Positions 9,838 through 18,796 of a stretch of DNA of 64,000 bases are shown here, piece after piece. The stretch lies in the NCBI GenBank assembly GCA_019352195.1, contig JACAFG010000002.1, positions 167,820-231,819 of the forward strand. The letters run 5' to 3'. Source of the stretch: Candidatus Saccharimonadota bacterium (GTDB lineage: Bacteria; Patescibacteriota; Saccharimonadia; UBA4664). The stretch's first letter is position 1. Each line of letters opens with the position of its first letter. The notes under the pieces were generated by a model. It was not told the origin of the DNA, ran no database searches, and saw nothing but the letters and a program-made list of their open reading frames with translations. The position numbers were made by a program, and so were the translations under genes.

Positions 9838-10517
9838 ATGCTAAAAGCGGTGAAGTTGGGGAGTTTGTATCTAGGTGCTGGGGCAGTCATTGGCCTTAGC
9901 GTAGTTGGCTGGCTGTATGCCCACCGTCTTGATGGCTCTGGCGCGATGGCCAGTCTGCGCCCAACTGCGTATCAAACATCTGACGCTTTGGCACCGGATG
10001 GTTCAGCCAGCAATAAGAGTACGGCACCGGTGTTAAGAGTGGCCCAGACTGATGCTGGCAGTGCTCAGGGAGCGACATATGGCGGCTCGCAAGCGGCAGC
10101 AGCAACGCCGACACCCAACACGCCGGCTGAATCGCTACCCGGACCGAGCGATTTTAAGCAGTATGATGCCTACAAAAGTGACGCGACCCATGTGTACTCC
10201 GTCGATATCCAGAAAGGCAGCGGCACGGCGGTGGCTCTAAATGACAAGGTAGTGGTGCGCTACACGGGCTGGCTTACTGACGGCACGGTGTTTGATAGTA
10301 CCGAGAAGCCCGGCGGCAAACCGGTAGAGTTTCAGTTGAGCCAAGGGCAGCTGATTTCTGGTTGGGTGACGGGCTTGCAGGGTATGCAGGTGGGCGAACG
10401 AGACGCTTAATTGTACCGCCGGCGGCTGGCTACGGTTCGGCAGCACAAAAGGGCATTCCGGCTAATTCGGTTTTAGTATTTGAGGTGCAAGTGGTCGCGA
10501 TTAATCCAGCTAATTAA
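9838..10517 (+). pseudogene. FKBP-type peptidyl-prolyl isomerase with a 1-nt frameshift
   Basis: V.YTGWL.DG.VFDS...LISGW..G..GMQVGE, then the frame stops at 10410. The -1 frame continues RRLIVPPAAGYG...IPANSVLVFEV to TAA 10517. Confidence 0.8.
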
Positions 10518-10718
10518 CCTCTTTTTAATTGTTTTGCTGTTTTTATTACAACTATTTTACAATTTTTTCCTATTTAACGCTCATAAATACTATTTATCTT
10601 GATCATACAATTCTCGGCAAGAATCGGCGGAAAATGGTAAAATAAATGGGCTTCGATGCTCGGCATTGAGGGGTTCCATCGTCAAAACACCGTGTTTTGA
10701 CGTTCCAACATCAGAGAG

Positions 10719-12071
10719 GTGGCAGCTATGACTGCTAGCACCGCGCTGACACCAGGAGGTGTCGGCGGCTCGCCCAATGAACCTCGACCGCGGCGAAAGA
10801 AACCGCTGCTGGACGGCGACAAGGGTCTCGATATCATCGCTGGAGTCTGGCTCATTGCCTTTGTCCCGACCATTCTCATCATTGCGTGGGCCGTATGGGC
10901 CCAGGTGTGGGGCATCAATGTTGGCACCTTCCGGCTGGCCCCAACATGGCTCGACCTTGGCATTGCGACAGTCTTTTACCTGGTGAGCGGCTGGGGCGTG
11001 ACAGTGGGATTCCATCGCTATTTCACCCACAGCTCGTTCATGGCCAATCGCCCGCTCAAAATTGTCTTGGCGATTGCCGGGCAGTTAGCGGTGCAGGGAT
11101 CGGTTATTGTTTGGGTTGCCGACCATCGTCGTCACCACAGGTTTTCGGACAAAGCCGGGGATCCTCATTCTCCGGTGATACGAGCAGTCCGGGTGACGCA
11201 CAAGTATGTCGGTGACCCGTCGACCGATACGCTCATCGGTACTGATGGCTATCCCTGGTGCTATAACTCCAAGGGCAAGCTCATCTACGACACTGGTGAC
11301 CCCGATTCACATGTTCGCTACGGGGACAGTCTCTGGGGTGTGATGCGCGGGTTTATGCACGCCCACATGGCCTGGCTTGTATCACCCGATCGCACCAATG
11401 TGATCAAGTTTGCCCCGGATATCGAGGCCGACAAAGATCTGAAGCGCGTCGCCAGTATGTTCTACGTCTGCGTTCTGTTCTCGCTGTTTGGGCCGGCTCT
11501 GTTTGGCTGGCTGTTCACAGGAACATGGCAGGGTGCCTTGTCAGCCTTCATCTGGGCTGGTGTGGTGCGGATGGCACTGCTGCACCACGTGACGTGGAGT
11601 ACTAACTCCATTTGCCATATGATCGGTGAGCGGCCGTTTGCCTCGCGCGACAAGAGTACTAACTTTTGGCCACTGGCAATTCTGAGCTTCGGTGAAAGCT
11701 GGCACAACCTGCATCACGCCGATCCCACGTGTGCTCGCCACGGAGTGCTCCTAGGGCAGCTGGACAGCTCCGCGCGAGTCATCTGGCTGTTTGAAAAAGT
11801 TGGCTGGGCGACCAATGTGAAGTGGCCCAAGCCCGATCGGAAGGCGCGGCTGCTGATTGATCAGAATGTTGTACCCGAGCGCCGCTCGTCGCGAATTGGA
11901 CGGCTGGGGCAATACCTCAACATCAGCTACTGGCGTGCAATCAAGCTGGACCGTGAGCTCACGGCCTTACTAAACGCCGGTGTGGTCCCCGAAGCGCCTG
12001 AGGAGAACCTTCCGTCGCCAAGCGCTCAATCGGCCGCCGATTCGTCGAACGAAGCTGCGGCAGACACCTGA
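10719..12071 (+). CDS. acyl-CoA (delta-9) fatty acid desaturase, actinobacterial-like
   Basis: His boxes HRYFTH, HRRHH and HNLHH, plus GESWHN, TWSTNSICH and TM helices. Confidence 0.92.
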   Translation: MAAMTASTALTPGGVGGSPNEPRPRRKKPLLDGDKGLDIIAGVWLIAFVPTILIIAWAVWAQVWGINVGTFRLAPTWLDLGIATVFYLVSGWGVTVGFHRYFTHSSFMANRPLKIVLAIAGQLAVQGSVIVWVADHRRHHRFSDKAGDPHSPVIRAVRVTHKYVGDPSTDTLIGTDGYPWCYNSKGKLIYDTGDPDSHVRYGDSLWGVMRGFMHAHMAWLVSPDRTNVIKFAPDIEADKDLKRVASMFYVCVLFSLFGPALFGWLFTGTWQGALSAFIWAGVVRMALLHHVTWSTNSICHMIGERPFASRDKSTNFWPLAILSFGESWHNLHHADPTCARHGVLLGQLDSSARVIWLFEKVGWATNVKWPKPDRKARLLIDQNVVPERRSSRIGRLGQYLNISYWRAIKLDRELTALLNAGVVPEAPEENLPSPSAQSAADSSNEAAADT

Positions 12072-12151
12072 GTGTTGCCATGCGTTCGCAAACGAATGCC
12101 CGTCGTTTCCAGATCTTGGAGGCGACGGGCAGTTTACGTTTGGGCGCTGTT

Positions 12152-12868
12152 CTACTGGGCCCGCGCCACGAAGTAAACCCGGTCGGAGGCATCTGTCGCC
12201 GGGCGATGGAACGAATCAAAAGTATTGATGAGCTCAAATCGGCGTGAGACCGCTTTGATGACCTCGTTCAGCTGGAAGCTGGCCTCGCTAGCGTGGTCTT
12301 CGTAGACCTGAATGGTGCCGTCAGGGTGGGGTTCTTGGATAGTGGTGGTCCATTCAACCTCGTTGTCGGATACCCGCTCGATCTCCATATCGGCAATGAG
12401 GCTACCAATGTCTTGAGTATAGGTTGGCATTGCCATGAGCTTGTGCAAGCGCTCAATGCTAATCATGTCGAAGATAAATATGCCGCCGGGAGCCAGATGT
12501 TTGGCGGTAGCATCAAACATTGTTTCCCACTTGGCAAAATTTGTGAGGTGGTTGATGGTATCAAAAACGCAAATAATAACGTCAAAAGTTGTCCCTAGCT
12601 CATATCGTGCAATATCACCAATTTCGAGCCGTGAATTTGGTAATTTTCGTTGTGCAATCTTCAACATTTCAGGTGATTTTTCGATACCTGCTATCTGATA
12701 TTGAGTTTTTAGACCATCTAAGATACTGCCAGTTCCACAGCCCAATTCTAACAACGTTTTGGCAGCTGGGTGGTGTTTTTTGAGGGATTTTTGCAACAGC
12801 TCGATCACGTCGGAGCGGTCGCCCATAATGGCATCATAAAATTTTGCGAAGTGATCGTAGTTTGTCAT
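12152..12868 (-). CDS. class I SAM-dependent methyltransferase
   Basis: LELGCGTG, FDVIIC.FDTINH and HLAPGGIFIFD. Confidence 0.9.
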   Translation of the reverse strand: MTNYDHFAKFYDAIMGDRSDVIELLQKSLKKHHPAAKTLLELGCGTGSILDGLKTQYQIAGIEKSPEMLKIAQRKLPNSRLEIGDIARYELGTTFDVIICVFDTINHLTNFAKWETMFDATAKHLAPGGIFIFDMISIERLHKLMAMPTYTQDIGSLIADMEIERVSDNEVEWTTTIQEPHPDGTIQVYEDHASEASFQLNEVIKAVSRRFELINTFDSFHRPATDASDRVYFVARAQ

Positions 12869-12924
12869 GAGGGTAGTTTACCTCAAAAAATGGCCAACCG
12901 GCCCAAGACTATGTCCTGGGCCGG

Positions 12925-14046
12925 TTAGTTGTCCCACAGTGCGGGATGCGGAGTGGGGTTGACTTCGCTGACTAGTTCACGCGGCGTTATGGCGCGCGCG
13001 CCTTGTGGCCTCGCGTGCATACCCGCCGTCATAGCAAACATTACGGGAGGCTTTATTCGGGGGAAGCGAGGCTTGAGGGTTCCACCAACATAATACTCGG
13101 CCGATAATACCCGCCCGTTGCAGGTTTGCTCGATGGGGCAGCTGCCGCACGACCTGGCGTAGGCCCTGAGGTCGTTATCGTTCCATAGTGGCTCCCAAAT
13201 GGTAGTTAGGGTACGTCGGCCTTGACGCTTTCTGTCGACGCTCGCGGTGTTGCCAGGGTAGTCGTTGCATAGATTTCCGGACAACAGCCACAGGGCATCA
13301 CAGAGCCGTAGCGGGTTCACATGTTCGCGTCGAGCGTAGCTTTCGAGCAGGCCACGCGCAGTCTGGAGTAGATCATCGCAAAAGACATTGCCGTTTGACG
13401 GGATATCTTCAAACCTCACCAGCTGGTTGGTAGTGATGACTCGCAAGACATGAAAATCAACCGGAACAGGGAAGTAGAAGAAGTCGATGAGCTTCTCGTC
13501 CATGAGAAAGTAAATGATCATGCTCACCATCTTGAACTGAAAACCCATAAACCCTCGACCGTGGCCGGCATTGCGTATTCGCAGGCATGCTTCGTCGTAG
13601 CTGCTGACGCCGGCAAAAATTTCGCGCGGGTCGCCGTGATACCGGGTATCCAGACGAAGACTGTTTTCGACCCAGATACGCCCAATCTCGGCGGCTTTGA
13701 AGCCAAGTCCAAATTTCTTCAGCTCGGTTTCAATGTAGCTGGGCTCCAGTAGCTTGGCTTTGGCTGTGTCGAACCAGTCTGGATGGGCAGCGTAAACTTT
13801 GCCCAGCGAGCTGGCGGCAATGTTGCTTTTGATACCGCCGCGCATGTAATAGCACAGACACCATAGAAATACGCTGTAGGCCCGGTTGTCTCTGACGAGC
13901 GGATCACGGAAGTCTGGGGGCAAGTTGAGCGCATCCTGAGGCACGGTGACGTCGCTGCGATTGTAGGGATAGCCGCGTTGGCTGTATACCTCCATGAGCC
14001 GACCCAGAACAAGGTCGACCTGGGCATGATCAACGATGATCTTCAT
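12925..14046 (-). CDS. HhH-GPD superfamily DNA glycosylase-like protein with a C-terminal Cys cluster
   Basis: GF.GFQFKMVSM (HhH-like), PVPVDFHVLR and LC...CGSCPIEQTC (Fe-S-like). Confidence 0.6.
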   Translation of the reverse strand: MKIIVDHAQVDLVLGRLMEVYSQRGYPYNRSDVTVPQDALNLPPDFRDPLVRDNRAYSVFLWCLCYYMRGGIKSNIAASSLGKVYAAHPDWFDTAKAKLLEPSYIETELKKFGLGFKAAEIGRIWVENSLRLDTRYHGDPREIFAGVSSYDEACLRIRNAGHGRGFMGFQFKMVSMIIYFLMDEKLIDFFYFPVPVDFHVLRVITTNQLVRFEDIPSNGNVFCDDLLQTARGLLESYARREHVNPLRLCDALWLLSGNLCNDYPGNTASVDRKRQGRRTLTTIWEPLWNDNDLRAYARSCGSCPIEQTCNGRVLSAEYYVGGTLKPRFPRIKPPVMFAMTAGMHARPQGARAITPRELVSEVNPTPHPALWDN

Positions 14047-14157
14047 GATAGGGTCCTTATCTCGATAATCGGTCGGGTGTCGAAATACGCATCGATTAAC
14101 TCATAGACATACTGTGCCGTCAAACCATTCTTATCTGGACGTGGTAGGATTGTGATT

Positions 14158-14880
14158 ATGGAAAGAGAATTACCGTTGTTTGAGCCAAGCATAATCTTAT
14201 GCATTGCCGCGCATCCTGATGACCTCGAATTTGGGACGTCGGGTAGCGTCGCAAAATGGGTAGCGGAGGGTGCCGTGGTGCATTACCTGGTATGTACCGA
14301 CGGTTCCAAAGGTTCGGATGACCCCAATCTCACAAGCGGTGAGCTAATAAAGTTGCGTCATGTCGAACAGCAGGCGGCGGCTGATATTTTAGGCGTGACG
14401 TCGGTTACGTTCTTAGATCATGAGGACGGTCTGACCGAGGCCAATACGGCGCTTAAACGGGACATCACGGCCGTAATACGTCGCTTGAAACCCGATACCG
14501 TGGTAATGCAAGACCCGTTATTCATGTATAGCGCGGAATTTGGGATGATTAATCATAATGATCACCGCAAAGTTGCCGAATCTGCCATGGATGCGGTTTA
14601 TCCGCTGGCACGTGATCACTTGAGCTTTCCCGAACTCATGGGGCAAGGTCTCGAGCCTCACAAAGTGAAAGAAATATTGATGATGAGCTTTGAAAAAGCA
14701 ACATTTTACGTTGATATTTCTACAACGTTTGAAACGAAAATGAAGGCATTGGCGGCTCATGAGAGCCAAGTCGATATTGAAACAGTGCGGCCGTGGCTCG
14801 AACCCACCTCAAAGTCGTTGGGAAAGCTAGCCGGCTACGATCGGGCTGAAGGCTTTATTCGCCTCAGCATGCGTTTGTAA
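14158..14880 (+). CDS. PIG-L/LmbE family deacetylase
   Basis: AHPDDLE, TDG.KG, NHNDH and AHESQ. Confidence 0.92.
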   Translation: MERELPLFEPSIILCIAAHPDDLEFGTSGSVAKWVAEGAVVHYLVCTDGSKGSDDPNLTSGELIKLRHVEQQAAADILGVTSVTFLDHEDGLTEANTALKRDITAVIRRLKPDTVVMQDPLFMYSAEFGMINHNDHRKVAESAMDAVYPLARDHLSFPELMGQGLEPHKVKEILMMSFEKATFYVDISTTFETKMKALAAHESQVDIETVRPWLEPTSKSLGKLAGYDRAEGFIRLSMRL

Positions 14881-15071
14881 TGGACGCCAACATAAGCCTC
14901 GAATCGCTGCCCTGTGCCGACAAGTTGCCGTTTGATTCACGAGAGTCGGCCGGAGCGGCGGCAGTGTACGCTGGTTTCCGTTATGCTGGGACTAAGCCGC
15001 ATCCGTACAAGTGTCGGTACTGCGATCGTTGGCACTTATCGACGCATGTTAATCAAAATGAGGAGCCCTAG
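14880..15071 (+). CDS. small zinc-finger protein
   Basis: C..K..F.S...A and PYKCRYCDRWHLS. Coupled to the upstream stop. Confidence 0.7.
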   Translation: MDANISLESLPCADKLPFDSRESAGAAAVYAGFRYAGTKPHPYKCRYCDRWHLSTHVNQNEEP

Positions 15072-15088
15072 GGCTCCTCATTTTGATT
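15051..15088. terminator. perfect 38-bp palindrome, bidirectional terminator
   Basis: AATCAAAATGAGGAGCCCTAGGGCTCCTCATTTTGATT between convergent genes. Confidence 0.8.
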
Positions 15089-15101
15089 GGAGGCTTATGA
15101 G

Positions 15102-15353
15102 TTAAGCAATCGGTCGTTCGTAGTCGCTGTCAGCGGTACTTTCGTAATCGTCATCCTCTTCAACTGAGTGACTGAGGCCGTCCTCGTCGCTGGCGGCATC
15201 ATCGCTCTCGGTGTCGCCAATACGCTCGCCAAAGCCTTTGGGATCGGCCTCGGTGGTGGCATCGTTCATATCTGAACCTGCTGGCATGTCAGCGGGGTCG
15301 GTGGCTCGGATCTCGTCATCTTCGAGCATATCGTGGTTTTGCAAATCTCCCAT
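15102..15353 (-). CDS. small highly acidic hypothetical protein
   Basis: 83 aa, D/E-rich, SD GAGGAG. Similar to 5457-5699. Confidence 0.7.
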   Translation of the reverse strand: MGDLQNHDMLEDDEIRATDPADMPAGSDMNDATTEADPKGFGERIGDTESDDAASDEDGLSHSVEEDDDYESTADSDYERPIA

Positions 15354-15552
15354 AGGTCTGGCTCCTCACTTAATTAACACATTAAGCCTAGCCCAGAAAT
15401 GGGGTCTGCGAATATGACGTTGATGCCAAAAATAGTTCATTTTATCGGCTTTTTTTGAGCATTGGCATTTTGATGAGTACGATAAAAGGGAACCGCCCCG
15501 CCAACGAGATGCCGGCGGGGCGGCGGGTGGCTGGCTGCATCCCCAAAATCGT

Positions 15553-16506
15553 CTAGCAGGCTGCGGCATGCACCGCGGTCGGCCAGTAGCCAGGCAAGGC
15601 GCGAGCGAGGTTGAGGGCATCGACCTCTTCGCTTTGTGGTGCACTTCGGGTTGCGCCCGAGCTGTAGCCATACAGCGATTGGAAGCTGCCCGGGCTGGAA
15701 CCCGCGGCGGGGGTAACGACGGCGAGGTTGGCCTCGACCGACTTACTCGGGCTGTTGGGCCAGAACTCGGCGAACTGATCGTGCGTCCCCATGGGGGCGA
15801 GACCCTGCAGGTACCCGAAGGCACTGTAGTTTGTGGCCACGCTGCCCGGGATTTTACCTGTGTGGTAAGCCGGACCAGCGGCGTTGACCGTGGTCCGCAG
15901 CATGATCCCACCTGGTACCCAGACGAAGACGTAGGTGTTGCCGTCGAGCGCCTTGGCGATGGGCCAACTGAGCCCAAAGACCTCTTGGCCATTGTGGATC
16001 AGGTTGTGATAGCTACCGCCAATGACCTGGCCGATGATGATGTTCTCACCTACCTGGTAGCACCAGCTGGTATCAACCGCCGGAGTGGCCGCGTGGGTGC
16101 TAGTAGCGGACAGACTCGTCGTGACGACATCCGGCGTTTTGGTGACGGTTGTCGTTGAGGTCACTGTCACGGGCGCCGGCCCAACCGTACTAGTGGGTGT
16201 CGGAGCAGTCTTGGTGACCGTGGCCATCACCGTCGTGGTGGCCGGTGTCGCCGGTGGTGAACTACTGGCGAGGGTGGTCGCCGTCGTGCTGGCTGGGGTG
16301 GTGGTTGCCACGCTGGTCGTGATGGTGCTGACGCTGACGCTCGTCGATGTGCTGACGGGTGCGTTATTCAGTGCCAGGCCAGCAACAATCGTCGTGGTTG
16401 AGGTGCTGGTAGCTGGCGATGGATCGTTGCTTGAGCAACCGGAGACCACCACGATTGCCGCGATGGCTCCCACGGCGAGCACGGCTGAGCGCATGCGTGA
16501 GATCAT
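15553..16506 (-). CDS. putative lipoprotein with a Thr/Ser/Pro-rich linker
   Basis: Signal peptide ending VSGC (lipobox-like), a ~130-aa Thr-rich tract and a globular C-terminal domain. Start inferred at MISRM. Confidence 0.7.
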   Translation of the reverse strand: MISRMRSAVLAVGAIAAIVVVSGCSSNDPSPATSTSTTTIVAGLALNNAPVSTSTSVSVSTITTSVATTTPASTTATTLASSSPPATPATTTVMATVTKTAPTPTSTVGPAPVTVTSTTTVTKTPDVVTTSLSATSTHAATPAVDTSWCYQVGENIIIGQVIGGSYHNLIHNGQEVFGLSWPIAKALDGNTYVFVWVPGGIMLRTTVNAAGPAYHTGKIPGSVATNYSAFGYLQGLAPMGTHDQFAEFWPNSPSKSVEANLAVVTPAAGSSPGSFQSLYGYSSGATRSAPQSEEVDALNLARALPGYWPTAVHAAAC

Positions 16507-16639
16507 TGTCTTTGCCTTTCGAACGGCGGACGGGGGATGATGTTCAGGTACAGCCATAAACCGTAAATATTTTAGCATAAAAACGAAATAAAGTCTAGTA
16601 ACATAAGCGTAACCAAAGCGAACGTATTATAATGGTGCT

Positions 16640-17710
16640 ATGACGAAGCTAGATCCGAGCGAGGATTCATTACTGGGGCCAAATGCCGTGGCCGAAATCG
16701 TGTCAATTGACGACCAGGCAGTTAAAGAACCGTCTCGTAAACCAAAACGAGGGCGGTTTGGCCTGATTCTTAAGGTCGTAATCTGGTTACTGCTGCTGAC
16801 TATAGCTGCTTACGTCGTAATTATTGTTCATAACGTTGCAAAAATCTCAACACAACCTATGTCGCTGAGCGGTTTATCCGGTGATAGTAATGGCCGTGTG
16901 AATATTCTGATCCTCGGTGAAGGGGACGCAGGGCACGCCGGCGCTGGCTTGACCGATACCATTATGGTGATGAGTTTTGATCCTAAAACAAGGCAGATAG
17001 CGCAAATTAGTGTACCGCGAGACCTGCGAGTAAATATTCCCGGGTATGGCTACAGCAAGATTAACGCCGCTAACGCATACGGTGGGGTTCAGCTGGCAGA
17101 GCAAACCGTGAGTAATACGCTTGGAATTCCCATTAACTATTATATTTTGACTAACTTTTCAGGTCTTAAGTCGATTGTTGATGCGGTTGGAGGACTTGAT
17201 ATTAATGTTAAGACCGCTCTCATTGACCCGGATTATCCGTGTGACGACAACCAATATAAGGCGTGCGGACTCAATATTGCGCCTGGTCCGCAGCATATGA
17301 ATGGTTCGCAGGTGCTTGATTACACGCGCTGCCGCAAAGGTACATGTGGCAATGACTTTGGTCGAGCGGCGCGCCAGCAAGAGGTTTTGGGGTTACTGCG
17401 CCAAAAGGTACTACGTTGGCAGACCTTGGCGAATCCAGTTCAAGTAAAAGCACTGACTGAAGCAATGCGGACGAGCCTTACGACCAACCTGGGGGCAGTG
17501 CAAATGGCACAACTGGGCTGGTACTGGCATCGGGCGCAAATTCATCCGACGATTCAGTTGGTATTATCAACCTCACCGGGTGGCTACCTAACGTCAGCCT
17601 CAGGATCGAGCGACTTATTACCGGCTGACGGCAGCTTTGCTGCGATTCAAAGTCGAGTTATCAATATATTTACGGTGCCCACAGCTTCAACGGACGTTCC
17701 TAAGACATAA
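16640..17710 (+). CDS. LCP (LytR-CpsA-Psr) family protein
   Basis: NILILG.D, TDTIMV, SVPRDL, KINAA and DFGRAARQQ. Confidence 0.93.
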   Translation: MTKLDPSEDSLLGPNAVAEIVSIDDQAVKEPSRKPKRGRFGLILKVVIWLLLLTIAAYVVIIVHNVAKISTQPMSLSGLSGDSNGRVNILILGEGDAGHAGAGLTDTIMVMSFDPKTRQIAQISVPRDLRVNIPGYGYSKINAANAYGGVQLAEQTVSNTLGIPINYYILTNFSGLKSIVDAVGGLDINVKTALIDPDYPCDDNQYKACGLNIAPGPQHMNGSQVLDYTRCRKGTCGNDFGRAARQQEVLGLLRQKVLRWQTLANPVQVKALTEAMRTSLTTNLGAVQMAQLGWYWHRAQIHPTIQLVLSTSPGGYLTSASGSSDLLPADGSFAAIQSRVINIFTVPTASTDVPKT

Positions 17711-17739
17711 ATTGTCATCGTATAAATTGTATTCAACGC

Positions 17740-17769
17740 AAAATCAGCGGCTACTAAGCCGCTGATTTT
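17740..17769. terminator. bidirectional intrinsic terminator
   Basis: AAAATCAGCGGCT-ACTA-AGCCGCTGATTTT. Confidence 0.8.
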
Positions 17770-17784
17770 GGCTAAACGAAGCGT

Positions 17785-18642
17785 TTATTGAACGCTTACG
17801 CTAGTGGACGCTGAATTTGAGTTTGAAGCGTTGCCACTTGAAGCTCCGCCAGCGTTGGTGTTACCGCTAACTGTAACGTTACCGCTGCCAGCCCATTGCC
17901 GGTTCTCATTGGTTACGCCCACATTGGTAGTTGTGGTCGAATGAGACATAGCGCTGTTGTTGATGCTGACGTGGTTGCTCGAATTGGGTCCCGTGTTGCC
18001 AATGCTAACAGTACTCCCGCCACCGGTACCGGACGTAGATCCAGCTGACGACGAGGGGTTCGAGATGGTTACCCCCGTGTTGGTAGAGTTGGTGTTGCTA
18101 GCATTGCCCGTACCACCGCTCCCGTTCGCGTTGGTGTTACCGCTAACGGTGACGTTGCCGCTCCACGCGCTCTGAGAGCCTTGGTTACCGACACCTACGT
18201 TGTTAGTGGTGCTTTGGCTCCAATTGCTGGAGTTGTTCATCGTTACACCGTTGGTTGAGCTGGGGCCGGTATCCGAAATGGTGACATCACTGCCACCGCC
18301 TCCGCTCGGTAGGCTCATGGCGTTTGTCGTAGGGTTACTGACACTTACGGTGGTTGCGGTATTGGACATGTTGGATGCATTACCCGAACCCGCCCCGCCC
18401 GCGTTAGTATTACCTGTTACCCAGACATTACCCGAGCCCGCTCCCTGAGAGTTGCCGTTGTAGACACTCAAGTAATTCGAGTTGGTAGACCACCAACTTG
18501 AGTTGTTCATGAGCGAAACTTGATTGGTAGAGCCTGGACCAGTCCCTGATATGGTGGCCGATGAAGCAAAAGCCGCCCCGCTGCCGAGTGTGGCTATGAG
18601 CGCGCCCGACGCGGCGACCCGAAATAGTAGTTTATTCTGCAT
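17785..18642 (-). CDS. secreted S/N/G/T-rich three-repeat protein
   Basis: Signal peptide (AFA) and three ~75-aa repeats (I..TGP.S.N...SGNV.V.GNTNA...GNASN). Confidence 0.8.
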   Translation of the reverse strand: MQNKLLFRVAASGALIATLGSGAAFASSATISGTGPGSTNQVSLMNNSSWWSTNSNYLSVYNGNSQGAGSGNVWVTGNTNAGGAGSGNASNMSNTATTVSVSNPTTNAMSLPSGGGGSDVTISDTGPSSTNGVTMNNSSNWSQSTTNNVGVGNQGSQSAWSGNVTVSGNTNANGSGGTGNASNTNSTNTGVTISNPSSSAGSTSGTGGGSTVSIGNTGPNSSNHVSINNSAMSHSTTTTNVGVTNENRQWAGSGNVTVSGNTNAGGASSGNASNSNSASTSVSVQ

Positions 18643-18796
18643 ATGCTGCCCTCATTAGTTACTTATTAAGCATAGTCACAAGGTGCCTTTGGCACAGTGG
18701 CTAATCTGACGAACCTTATCCCGTGGCTAATCTGGGACTATCTGGAAGATTGGACGATACGGACATCTTTACAGCTATAGCCATCTGGGCCTATGC

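Noticed and set aside
15366-16540. Long overlapping or antisense ORFs here and across the 51-59 kb region
   Set aside because: Shadows of GC-rich, low-complexity genes.
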